Positions 18,816 through 27,741 of a stretch of 64,000 nt of DNA are shown one piece after another. The DNA is taken from positions 52,486 to 116,485 of the forward strand of contig JBBTCT010000031.1 in NCBI GenBank assembly GCA_038060895.1, given 5' to 3'. Within the stretch, counting starts at the first letter, position 1. Every line of letters begins with the position of its first letter. The notes under the pieces are model-generated. The model was not told the origin of the DNA. It ran no database searches and saw only the letters and a program-made list of their open reading frames with translations. The position numbers and the translations under genes were made by a program. Source of the stretch: Planctomycetota bacterium (GTDB taxonomy: Bacteria > Planctomycetota > MHYJ01 > WSZJ01).

Positions 18816-20051
18816 TTACTTGTCCCCGGCGTAGGTCACCGTCAGGTTGGCGCCCTTCAGCCAGGCCTGGTTCGCGATCGCGCAGCGCAGCCGGCCCGTC
18901 ATGAGCCGATCGTAAAGCGCCCGGTCCGTCTCTCGCAATGTTGCCGCCGGGTTTGCCTTGAGCTGCGCGGCGGACGGATACGAAGCGGAGACCTTTCCTT
19001 CTTCCTTGAGGAAAGCGCCAAAGTCCTTGCAGAGAATCGCCGGGTCTGCGGCCGCCCAGAAATAGATCCCGTCGCTCGCGGTGTCGCTCCCGAACGCCCG
19101 CACCTTCAGCTCGAACTCCACTTTCACGATCTCCCCGCGCGGTTTGAACTCGAAGCAGAACGGCCGCGGCCCCGCTTCGGACTTCTCGTCATGCTCGTCC
19201 CACGCCACCGCCACCGCCCCCGTCGCGAGATTGTTGGAGTCCATGTCGTCCTCGTGCGCGAACACCACGTCCCGCGCCCCGTCCGCCGTCACCTGGCTCT
19301 GCCGCCCGTACGTCACCGCCTGCAGCTTCAGCTTGTTGAACGTCAGCGCCGGCTGCACGTACAGCTTCCCCGTCCGGATCGTCAGCACGCGCATCACGCT
19401 GAACGCACCCTTGTCCGCCGAAAGGTCCAGGTCCCACCCCTTGAGATCCCCGCGCATCTTCGTCATCACGTTCGTCAAATCCGCCTTCGCCTCCGCCGTC
19501 GCAATGTTCCGCTTCCCGCTGATCAGCGCCTGCGCCGACAGCGTGCATCGCAGCAGCTCCAGGTCCCAGTCCGTCGACTCGCCCTTCACTCCGCCCGCGT
19601 CCGCCTTCCCCACGCAACCGTTCAGGCAGGCCAGCGCAAGCCGCGGCGGGCGCGCGATTCCGAAGTACCCCCAGAAGTCCTTCCACTCGATCAGCTTCGT
19701 GTCGCCCTCGGCCGTCGGGACGCCGACCTGCGTGATCGAAGAGTGGCAATTCAGAACCAGCAAGGCGCCGTTCCCGAGCGCCTGAAGCGCAGCCTTCGCG
19801 TCCGTGAAGTTCTTCGCGAGTTCGTCGCTCGACAGCTTCCCGATCTGCCCGTTGAATGCGTTCACCGTGTTTGACTTTGCCGAGGGGAACGCGTCGTGGA
19901 TTGACTTCACGGTCGCGGCTTCCAGGCGACTGGTTCCCGCCGCGAAAACGGCGGTTTTCGATTCGTACTGGAGGGTGACGACGGCGTCGGCCGCGAACGC
20001 GGAGGATGCGGCGACGAAAAGAACGAACAACGTCGACCGAAGGCGCTTCAC
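18816..20051 (-). CDS. Secreted hypothetical protein, possible CHAT/caspase-like His-Cys fold
   Basis: Signal peptide 'AFA-AD'; 'LLVLNCHS' and 'PRLALACLNGC' motifs. Confidence 0.6.
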   Translation of the reverse strand: MKRLRSTLFVLFVAASSAFAADAVVTLQYESKTAVFAAGTSRLEAATVKSIHDAFPSAKSNTVNAFNGQIGKLSSDELAKNFTDAKAALQALGNGALLVLNCHSSITQVGVPTAEGDTKLIEWKDFWGYFGIARPPRLALACLNGCVGKADAGGVKGESTDWDLELLRCTLSAQALISGKRNIATAEAKADLTNVMTKMRGDLKGWDLDLSADKGAFSVMRVLTIRTGKLYVQPALTFNKLKLQAVTYGRQSQVTADGARDVVFAHEDDMDSNNLATGAVAVAWDEHDEKSEAGPRPFCFEFKPRGEIVKVEFELKVRAFGSDTASDGIYFWAAADPAILCKDFGAFLKEEGKVSASYPSAAQLKANPAATLRETDRALYDRLMTGRLRCAIANQAWLKGANLTVTYAGDK

Positions 20052-20728
20052 ACGATGTCCCGCGCCAGTCGCAGCAGGAACCGCCAGCTGCTGGACGTCG
20101 CGAGCTTCGACTTGCCCCAGGCGCGCTCGTACTCGTGGCTGGGCACTTCAACCACGCGCAACCCCTTCTTCAGCGCCTTCATCACCATCTCGGTTTCGAC
20201 ATCGAAGTGCGTCGAGTTCAGATGGAGGTCGAGCAGCTTGTCGCGGAAGCCGGCGCGGAAGCCGTTGAGGATGTCGGTGAGCTTGACGCCCCAGCGCACG
20301 TTCACCATCCAGGTCGCGAAGGCGCTTCCCATCTGCCGCCAGGAGTGTTCGATGTCCATGCGGAATTCGTCGGAGCCGCCGGTGGCGCGGGAAGTGATGA
20401 CGAGGTCGGCTAGGCCGAGGGAGAGGGGCGCGAGGACGTTGGGGATATCGGCGGGCTCGTGCGATCCGTCGGCGTCGAAGAAGCAGACGACGGGGTGGGA
20501 GGCTTCGCGCAGCGCGGTGCGGACGCCGTCGCCCTTGCCGCGGCCGCCGTCGAGGACGACGCGTGCGCCAGCGGCCTCGGCGATCTGGCGGGTGTCGTCG
20601 GTGGAGTGGCCGTCGACGACGAGGATCTCGTCCCCCCAGGGGCGGACCTGCTCGATGACGCGGGCGACGCCGCCGCCTTCGTTGCGGGTCGGGAGGACGA
20701 TCGTGACTTTGTGGCCGGGAGCGATCAC
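20048..20728 (-). CDS. Glycosyltransferase family 2 (DPM-synthase-like)
   Basis: 'IVLPTRNE', 'VVDGHSTDDT', 'GKGDGVR', DxD 'FFDADGSH', 'TDILNGFRA'. Confidence 0.92.
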   Translation of the reverse strand: MIAPGHKVTIVLPTRNEGGGVARVIEQVRPWGDEILVVDGHSTDDTRQIAEAAGARVVLDGGRGKGDGVRTALREASHPVVCFFDADGSHEPADIPNVLAPLSLGLADLVITSRATGGSDEFRMDIEHSWRQMGSAFATWMVNVRWGVKLTDILNGFRAGFRDKLLDLHLNSTHFDVETEMVMKALKKGLRVVEVPSHEYERAWGKSKLATSSSWRFLLRLARDIV

Positions 20729-20795
20729 GCGGGTTTCCCCAACGGGAGGGTTCCCCCCCGCGAGTGGAGCATTGAAGCGGCTTGGGCCCCTGCGA

Positions 20796-21470
20796 TCAAG
20801 CAGGCTTTCGTGTTGCGATAATTGAGATTTTGGCCCAGGTGTCGGGGTTAGAAGTGCGTTCCAGCGTGGCAATGATGCGGTCCATGGTTCTGGCGAAGAG
20901 TTTGGACTTGCCGAGCGAGGGAAGGCCGAACTTGTGGTGGAGGATGGCGCGGTAGACGAGCGTGGGTTCGCGGACTGTGAGCGTGACGGGGTCAACGGGG
21001 AGTCCGTCGAAGAGCGCAGCGAGCCCCTTCGGTGTCTGCTTCGCGATGTTCTTCTCATCCGGGTCGATCGCCGAGAACAACCTCAAGATCGTGTTGCGCC
21101 CGTTGTCGTCCAGGATGCACACCTTTCCGCCCGGCGCGCAGACGCGGACCATCTCCGCGACGGATCCGCGCGGGTCCTCGACGTGGTGCAGGATGTCCCG
21201 CGCGAAGACACGGTCAAAAGCCCCTTCCCGGAACGGCAGCCGCGCGGCGTCCGACTGCGCGAATTTCCCGTCGGTCTTCTTTCCCGCCGTCCGCAACGAC
21301 GCGCGGTTGATGTCGATCCCGAACGCGCCCTTGATCCCGCGCACGATCAGGTTGTTTCCTTCGCCGCACCCGACCTCGAGCACGCGCTCGCCCGCGACGT
21401 CGAGCGCAGCCAGGATCGCGGCTTCGCGCGAGCGCATGTACGGGTTTTCGGTGAGCCAGTCGACGCGCAT
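20796..21470 (-). CDS. Class I SAM-dependent methyltransferase
   Basis: 'VLEVGCGEG', 'DAARLPF...FDRV', 'LHHVEDP...EMVRVCAPGG'. Confidence 0.9.
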   Translation of the reverse strand: MRVDWLTENPYMRSREAAILAALDVAGERVLEVGCGEGNNLIVRGIKGAFGIDINRASLRTAGKKTDGKFAQSDAARLPFREGAFDRVFARDILHHVEDPRGSVAEMVRVCAPGGKVCILDDNGRNTILRLFSAIDPDEKNIAKQTPKGLAALFDGLPVDPVTLTVREPTLVYRAILHHKFGLPSLGKSKLFARTMDRIIATLERTSNPDTWAKISIIATRKPA

Positions 21471-21492
21471 GGGGGCGGGCATTGTAGCGGGC

Positions 21493-22797
21493 TCAGCGGA
21501 CGCGGGGCGCCTGCGACTTCCGCACAAGCTGCGTGACGCGCTCTCCCGTCCTCGCCAGGTCCCCCCGGATCGTGAACACGCCTGCGACGCAGGCGGCGGC
21601 GCTGACGAGGAGGGCGACGGGCATGAAGAGGAACGCGCGCTCGAGGCCGTGGTCGCCGATCAGGCGCCCGAACAGGAGCGGCGAGATGGTGTCGCCGAAG
21701 GCGTGCATGCAGAAGATGACCGTGGCGTAGGCCATGGCGCGGGCGTTCGGGGCGCTGATGTTGGCGATCGTGGTGTTGAGCGTCGGCGTGCAGGACATGA
21801 AGAACAGGACGCCGAAGAAGAGCGCGGGGAAGAAGATCCACGGCTGCGTCGCGAGGATGGCGGTCCAGAGGCAGATGAGCCCGCCGGTGAGGCCGACCGC
21901 GGCGACCATCAGGTAGCCGCCCGGGTGGCCGCGCCTGGAGATGCGGTCGCCGGCCCAGCCTCCGAGAAGCGTGCCGAGGATTCCCGGGAGGATCAGCGTC
22001 AGCCCGATCATGACGTTCGCCTTCGACGGGTCGAGGTGCTTCACGTCGCCGAAAAACTGCGGGAGCCAGTGCAGAAGCGGAATCGTTGCGAAGGCGATGC
22101 CCGTGAGGGCGAGCGTGACCAGCCCGAAGGTGCGGTTGCGGAAGAGCGCGAGCTGTTCCCAGAAGGTGCCCTTCCCGGGAAGCGGCGCGTGGACGCCCAA
22201 CTCGGTGTCCTGCGCGCCGCGCGGCGGGTCCACGAGCATCCAGGCGACGACGGCGATGATGATTCCCGGGATGGCGACCGTCATGAACGTCCCTCGCCAC
22301 CCGAACGAGTGCGCACCCATGAAGTGCAAGCCCGGCAGCAAGCCGCCGAGGACAAAACCGCAGGCGCTTCCGATCGGCACGCCCGTGTAGAACACGCTGA
22401 GCGCCTTGCCGCGCGACTCCTTCGAGAAGGCGTCGGCGATGAGCGGCGGGCCGACCGTGAGGAATCCGGCTTCGCCGACGCCGATGAGAATGCGGGCGAG
22501 CAACAGCGTCTTGAACCCGACTGCGAGCCCGCTGGCGAGCGTCGCCAGGGACCAGACGAGGCAGCAGAGGGCGACGATGCGCGGGCGCGTCCATCGGTCG
22601 GCGAAGTTGGCGACGATCGGCGAGCTGAACATGTAGCCGAGCGTGAACGCCGTCGCCAGCCAGCCTTCCTGCCCGCGGCTCAAATGGAGGTCGTCGGAAA
22701 CGAGGCCGAGGACCGCGGAGAGGACGTAGCGGTCGGCGTAATTGAGGAAATTGATGAAGAAGAGAATTCCGAGGACCGCTGAGGCGCGACGGATCAT
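21493..22797 (-). CDS. MFS transporter (spinster-like)
   Basis: 'INFLNYADRYVLSAVL', 'FADRWTRPR', 'ARILIGVGEA'; multiple TM segments. Confidence 0.92.
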   Translation of the reverse strand: MIRRASAVLGILFFINFLNYADRYVLSAVLGLVSDDLHLSRGQEGWLATAFTLGYMFSSPIVANFADRWTRPRIVALCCLVWSLATLASGLAVGFKTLLLARILIGVGEAGFLTVGPPLIADAFSKESRGKALSVFYTGVPIGSACGFVLGGLLPGLHFMGAHSFGWRGTFMTVAIPGIIIAVVAWMLVDPPRGAQDTELGVHAPLPGKGTFWEQLALFRNRTFGLVTLALTGIAFATIPLLHWLPQFFGDVKHLDPSKANVMIGLTLILPGILGTLLGGWAGDRISRRGHPGGYLMVAAVGLTGGLICLWTAILATQPWIFFPALFFGVLFFMSCTPTLNTTIANISAPNARAMAYATVIFCMHAFGDTISPLLFGRLIGDHGLERAFLFMPVALLVSAAACVAGVFTIRGDLARTGERVTQLVRKSQAPRVR

Positions 22798-22854
22798 GTG
22801 GGGCGCGGGACTATAGCAGAGCCCGCGTGGAAGATTTGCCGATAAACTGAAGGC

Positions 22855-23283
22855 ATGCGTCCAACGGCCCCCATCCTCACCCTTCTCATCCTCGCCCTCG
22901 TCGTGGGCGCGGTCGCGGCGCTGGCTGCCCGCGCCGGGCTGTCGCGCGACCCGCGCGCGGACGAGCTTGTCGAAATCTCCCTCGACCGCCTCCAGCACAC
23001 CATCACGCTGCCGCCGGATCACAACGCGCGCATCACTTCCTACGTCGATCCTGTTCTCCATTTGCGGCGCCGGAACGAAGCGGAAACCAGGCGCCGGCTC
23101 GACTTCAATCGCCCGAAGCTGCAGGACTCGCTTCAGTCTGCGCTCTCGCGATTCCACGTCACCCAGCTCCAGGACGACAGCGCCAGGAGCGAACTGGCCC
23201 GGGAGATGCGCGATGCCGTGAACGGAGTCCTGGGCGGTGATTACGTGGAAGCGGTGTCGGCGCACATGAGTTCTTCGCGCTGA
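22855..23283 (+). CDS. FliL-like single-TM protein
   Basis: N-terminal TM; C-terminal 'RPKLQDSLQSALS...QLQDDSARSELAREMRDAVNGVLGGDYVEAV' matches the FliL pattern. Confidence 0.6.
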   Translation: MRPTAPILTLLILALVVGAVAALAARAGLSRDPRADELVEISLDRLQHTITLPPDHNARITSYVDPVLHLRRRNEAETRRRLDFNRPKLQDSLQSALSRFHVTQLQDDSARSELAREMRDAVNGVLGGDYVEAVSAHMSSSR

Positions 23284-23479
23284 GGCTGAGAAAGAATCCT
23301 GCCAGGCAAGCTGCGTCGGCCCGGGGAGTTCTGGCAAAGGCCCCGAAACGCCTCAAGCTACCACGCCCATGCCGGCGTTCTCCGGAGCGCACGGATTTTC
23401 CAAGGCGAAATCCGCAAATCGCCGCCGCGCCTTACGTTATGTCATTGACTCGGGGGCCGCGAAGGGTTAAGAGGAAGGT

Positions 23480-25297
23480 ATGCGTCTTGAGAAGCTCCCC
23501 ACTGGAATTCGCATCACGGCCGAGGATGAGGTCTACCTCGATCTGACAACCGCGCAATATGAGGACATTTTCTACGCCCTGCCGCTCGAATGCTCGAGCC
23601 TCTATCTGCTCCTGAACGGCACCGTCCTCTCGCACGCCGACGACCGGGCGATCCTGCAGTTCATCGTCGAGGCGAACGGCGGCGTCGACGAGGCCATGAA
23701 GACGCTTCAGGCCCTCGTCCAGGAAACGCCTCCCCCTTCGGCCTCCGTCGTGGTCGAACCGCCGAAGCCCGCCGAGTCGCCGCTGACCGCGAAAGCCCCC
23801 GCGCCGCCGAAGGTCGAGGAGCCCGCCGACGAGCCCTTCGAAATCCTCGTGCATCCTTCGAAACCCGCGGTGGATCCCTTCGCGGAAATCGTCAAGCCGG
23901 CGAAGGCAGAAGAGAAGCCGTTCGTGATCAAGGAAGTTCCGAAGCCCGTGAAGCCGGCCGAGTTGAAACCGATCGGAGGCTCGGAGGTCCGGCGCCCCGG
24001 CACAGGAGTTTTCGAGAAGAAAGCGCCGACGCCGATCAAGATCGAACCGCAGCCGGACGGGAAGCGGGTGCGGATCACGGTCGGGTCGAAAAGCCTGGAC
24101 CTGGGCGTCGTACGGTACGAGGACCTCTACTACGCCGTTCCGGGCGACAACGCGAGCCTCTTCCGGCTCATCAACGACACGATCCTCAACCGTCCTGAAG
24201 AACGGGATGCGCTGAAGGACCTGCTCGGACTGCTGGGCGGCATCGACTCCGGAATGACGGCGCTGCAGGAGGCGGTCCAGAAAGTCGAGCCGCCTCCGAA
24301 GAAGGCGAAGTCGACGGCGCCGTCTGTGGCGGGGCAACAGACGAATTCCTTCGGCAAGTCGGGCTCTTCGGCGCCTGCGGTCGGGCCGAAGACGCAGACG
24401 TTCGGTGGTACTACCAAACCGGCGTCGACGGTGCAGCCGGGTGCGCCGAAATCCGGGGTGGTGGTGCAGACGAGCAAGCCGGGCCTGCCGATCGCGCCGG
24501 TGGCGCCCGCCGCTGCGGCCAAAACACCGGTGCCCGCTGCGGGAATCAAGATGCCATCCCCGCCGACGGGGGGAGGACTCGCCAAGCCGCCCGCACTTCC
24601 GGTGGCTCCGGCAAAGCCGCCCGTCGTGCCGTCCTCACCCGCGAAACCGCCGTCGATCGCGCCCAAGACGGTCCTTCCCAAAGGAATCCCGCCCAAGATC
24701 ACGGGCCCGATCCCGTTCAGCGTCGATGTCCCGGACGAAGTGGACGAAGTCGAACTCGTGGACGACGTCGAGGAAATCCCGGTCGCGCCGGTAGACGGCG
24801 GGCGACCCGGCCATTCGCCGGCAGCGTCAAAGCCGCTTCCCGCTTCCGTGGCCAAGGCGCCGGGATCTATGGCAAAACCCGGCACCGCTCCCCCTGTTTC
24901 CAAGGCCGGCGCGCCCGCGCCCGCGGCCGCCGCTTCCATGGCCAGGAAAAAGGGCAAGGAAATCGACCGCCCGGCGGGGCAGGCCCAGATCAAGATGTCG
25001 AAGGAAGACATGGACCGGACGGGCGTCAAGGTCAAGGCGGTCCCGAACGTCGGGTACCAGATCATCTGCAAGGAGTACTTCATCCAGCTCTCCAAGGCGC
25101 AGTACCAGGAACTGCACTACGCGCTGCCGATGCCCGTCATGAACATGTTCAAGCTCGTCCACAACGACCTGCTCAAGGACCCGCAGTCGCGCGGCGTCCT
25201 CATGAAAATGATTCACCTGGCCGGCGGCCCGAAGGACTTCATGTCGGCCCTCTCCCTTCAGGTCCAGTCCATCAAACCCACCGAGGACTGGCAGTAA
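23480..25297 (+). CDS. Pro/Ala-rich protein with three copies of an unrecognised ~85-aa domain
   Basis: RBS GAGG; three related segments (YEDIFYALP / YEDLYYAVP / YQELHYALP) separated by low-complexity linkers. Confidence 0.85.
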   Translation: MRLEKLPTGIRITAEDEVYLDLTTAQYEDIFYALPLECSSLYLLLNGTVLSHADDRAILQFIVEANGGVDEAMKTLQALVQETPPPSASVVVEPPKPAESPLTAKAPAPPKVEEPADEPFEILVHPSKPAVDPFAEIVKPAKAEEKPFVIKEVPKPVKPAELKPIGGSEVRRPGTGVFEKKAPTPIKIEPQPDGKRVRITVGSKSLDLGVVRYEDLYYAVPGDNASLFRLINDTILNRPEERDALKDLLGLLGGIDSGMTALQEAVQKVEPPPKKAKSTAPSVAGQQTNSFGKSGSSAPAVGPKTQTFGGTTKPASTVQPGAPKSGVVVQTSKPGLPIAPVAPAAAAKTPVPAAGIKMPSPPTGGGLAKPPALPVAPAKPPVVPSSPAKPPSIAPKTVLPKGIPPKITGPIPFSVDVPDEVDEVELVDDVEEIPVAPVDGGRPGHSPAASKPLPASVAKAPGSMAKPGTAPPVSKAGAPAPAAAASMARKKGKEIDRPAGQAQIKMSKEDMDRTGVKVKAVPNVGYQIICKEYFIQLSKAQYQELHYALPMPVMNMFKLVHNDLLKDPQSRGVLMKMIHLAGGPKDFMSALSLQVQSIKPTEDWQ

Positions 25298-26206
25298 ATG
25301 GACGCCCCCATCGCCCCCGCCGCCCTGCGCCAGGCCGCAGACGGCCCGGCCTACGACCTGATTTCGCTGGGCCTCGTCGTCTTCACGACGCTTCTCATCA
25401 CCGTCTGGACGACGCACTTTTTTCGCCAGCAACCGGCGGACGTGAAGGATCTCCCCTCCGTTGAAGACCGCGCTGAGCACGTCCCTGGCTCCGTCTTGCT
25501 GACTTCCGCAGGTCATCTCCAGGTCGCGCAGTGGGCCGACTTCAATCTGCGCTCGGCTGGAGGCAACGGGATCTCGATGTCTTTCACGGTGCATCTCAGC
25601 GCAGCCCTCGAGCTGGAAGTGCAGGAGCGCGAGAACCTGAGCCTCCTGGCGGAGAGCGCGAACATCTCCGAAATTGACCGCGTCTCAGCACGAATGCAGC
25701 TGAAGCAGAAGCCCCTCGCCCGCGAATACGCGAAAAAATGGTACGAGCTGCGCCGTGACTGGATCGAGGCGAACGACCGGCGGGGTTTCGACATCGGCAC
25801 TCATTTCGAATTCCAGAACGTGCTCGTCCAGTTCGGGATGCTTGAGGAGGCGGTCGGCGGCCAGCAAGTCAGCGCGAAGTTCCGCCAGCAACTGAAGGAG
25901 GCTCTGGCGGTCGAGGACTGGAAGCGTGCCGGACTTCAGCGGCTCCTGAAGGAAGGCACGAAGGAAGAGCAGGAGAAGGCGCGCGTGGAGCTGGGAAAAC
26001 ATCCGCCTGACGGACCTGTCCGCACATTTGCGAAGGCCTGGTACGAGATCCGCGCGAAGTGGCTGCGGACCCGGAGCGGTGTTCCCTACGACGAATCCGC
26101 CCGGCGTGAATTCGTCAGCATTTTGCGGGAAATCGGGCTTCAGGACGAGGCGAAGCGGGAGACGGTCGGCGGGTCCCAGTCCCCGGGCGGAACCGAGCCC
26201 GAGTAA
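25298..26206 (+). CDS. Membrane-anchored hypothetical protein with duplicated helical motif
   Basis: Abuts the previous stop; TM near N-terminus; 'AKKWYELRRDW' and 'AKAWYEIRAKW' repeats. Confidence 0.75.
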   Translation: MDAPIAPAALRQAADGPAYDLISLGLVVFTTLLITVWTTHFFRQQPADVKDLPSVEDRAEHVPGSVLLTSAGHLQVAQWADFNLRSAGGNGISMSFTVHLSAALELEVQERENLSLLAESANISEIDRVSARMQLKQKPLAREYAKKWYELRRDWIEANDRRGFDIGTHFEFQNVLVQFGMLEEAVGGQQVSAKFRQQLKEALAVEDWKRAGLQRLLKEGTKEEQEKARVELGKHPPDGPVRTFAKAWYEIRAKWLRTRSGVPYDESARREFVSILREIGLQDEAKRETVGGSQSPGGTEPE

Positions 26207-26380
26207 TCCCGCCCCAGGTTCAAGTCGCCGGGCTTGCCCTTCCTCTCATCCGCTCGTTCGAAGCGTGAAGCGGCGCCTGAGCGAAGGCGTGCGGGTGGGG
26301 GGCGGGCGTCTAACTGGCACCGCTCCCCAACCATCGCCCGAAGCCCGCCCCGCACCCGCCGCCGCAGCGAAGAAGCCGCT

Positions 26381-26842
26381 TCACGCATCGAACGAGCGGA
26401 TGAGCGTTTGAATGGCCTCATCCGCGAGCCGGAGGCGCGCCGCGGTTTTCTTCAGCAGCCCCTTGAGAATTTTCACGGCCAGCACGGGATCGGTGGCTAG
26501 GAGTGCGTCGATGTCCTTTTTCTCGATGAGCCGGACGCGTCCTTCGCGCGCCGCGACTGCGGACGACGACCGGGCGCGCTCTTCGAAAATCGCCAGCTCG
26601 CCGAAAATCTCGCCGTGTTCGAGGATCGCGATGCGCGTCGGCTGACCGCCGCCGTTCGACTTGGCGATCTCGATGGCGCCGGACTCGATGATGAAGAGCT
26701 TGTCGCCGGGGTCGCGCTCGTTGAAGACGGTCTCGCCCTTCTGGAGGGCCCGCTCGCGGCAGAGCGCGACGATCTTCTCCAGCTCGGCGTCGGTGAGCGC
26801 GCTGAACGTGTCGACTTCGCGCAGGAATTTTTTCAGCTCCAT
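26381..26842 (-). CDS. Stand-alone cyclic nucleotide-binding domain protein
   Basis: 'VFNERDPGDKLFIIESG', PBC 'FGELAIFEERARSSSAVA'; no HTH. Confidence 0.9.
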   Translation of the reverse strand: MELKKFLREVDTFSALTDAELEKIVALCRERALQKGETVFNERDPGDKLFIIESGAIEIAKSNGGGQPTRIAILEHGEIFGELAIFEERARSSSAVAAREGRVRLIEKKDIDALLATDPVLAVKILKGLLKKTAARLRLADEAIQTLIRSFDA

Positions 26843-26972
26843 GGGCGGGGCATTCTACGGAGCCGCGCCCGGAACCGGAGCGATCTTTCCGCTGCGCACC
26901 AAACTCGATTGCACGGCCGGACCTGATAAACTGGCGCCGAACGTTCACCCCGGCCACGAGGAGAATGCCCCG

Positions 26973-27245
26973 ATGGAAATCGATCGCGACACGGAAATGC
27001 GGCGGAGGTCGAAAATCGACCTGAAAGGGCTCCTCGTCCTCGTCCTCGCCGCCGGTCTGGCGGTCCAGGCGCTCGCCTGGGCAAAGAAGGAGACTTTCGG
27101 CTGGGACGAGATTTCGGATGCGACGCTCTGGCTCGTGCTGATGGTCGTGGCATTCAACCTGTATCTCACGGACCGCCGGAAGCAATCGCCGCCTCCGCCG
27201 CTGCCCCCGCGCGTTCCGCCGCCGCCCGGGGCGCCGCCGCTGTAG
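26973..27245 (+). CDS. Small two-TM protein with Pro-rich tail
   Basis: GAGGAG RBS upstream; two hydrophobic segments; 10 nt before archease. Confidence 0.6.
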   Translation: MEIDRDTEMRRRSKIDLKGLLVLVLAAGLAVQALAWAKKETFGWDEISDATLWLVLMVVAFNLYLTDRRKQSPPPPLPPRVPPPPGAPPL

Positions 27246-27255
27246 GCCCGCGGCC

Positions 27256-27669
27256 GTGCCCTACGTTTTCTTCGATCACACCGGCGACATCGGCGTCGAG
27301 CTCTCGGCGTCGACGGCCGAGGGACTGTTCGCAACGGCAGCGCTGGCGTTTGCGGAAGCGGTTTCCGACACGAAAAATGTCGAGCCACGCGTGACGCGCA
27401 CGATACGGGCTTCCGGCGACGGCTGGCCTGACCTCCTGAACCGGTTCATCACGGAGCTTCTCGTAATCTTCGACGAGGACCGGCTACTCTTCCCCTTCGT
27501 AGCGATCCACGAACTTGACGAACGCAGCGTCGTGGCGACGGCGGGTGGCGAACGGTACGACGAAGCGCGGCACGAGGGCCGTACAGAACTCAAAGCGGTG
27601 ACCTACCACGGCCTCAAGGCGGAGAAAACAGCCGAAGGCTGGCGCGCCACCGTAGTTTTCGACGTTTAG
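27256..27669 (+). CDS. Archease
   Basis: 'FFDHTGDIG', 'ELKAVTYHGL', C-terminal 'VFDV'. Confidence 0.93.
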   Translation: MPYVFFDHTGDIGVELSASTAEGLFATAALAFAEAVSDTKNVEPRVTRTIRASGDGWPDLLNRFITELLVIFDEDRLLFPFVAIHELDERSVVATAGGERYDEARHEGRTELKAVTYHGLKAEKTAEGWRATVVFDV

Positions 27670-27741
27670 CCCCCAACACCTTCGACTTTCGACCTTCAAC
27701 CAGTTCCGAACCATCCCCTCCTTCAACCGATCAAATCCCTC

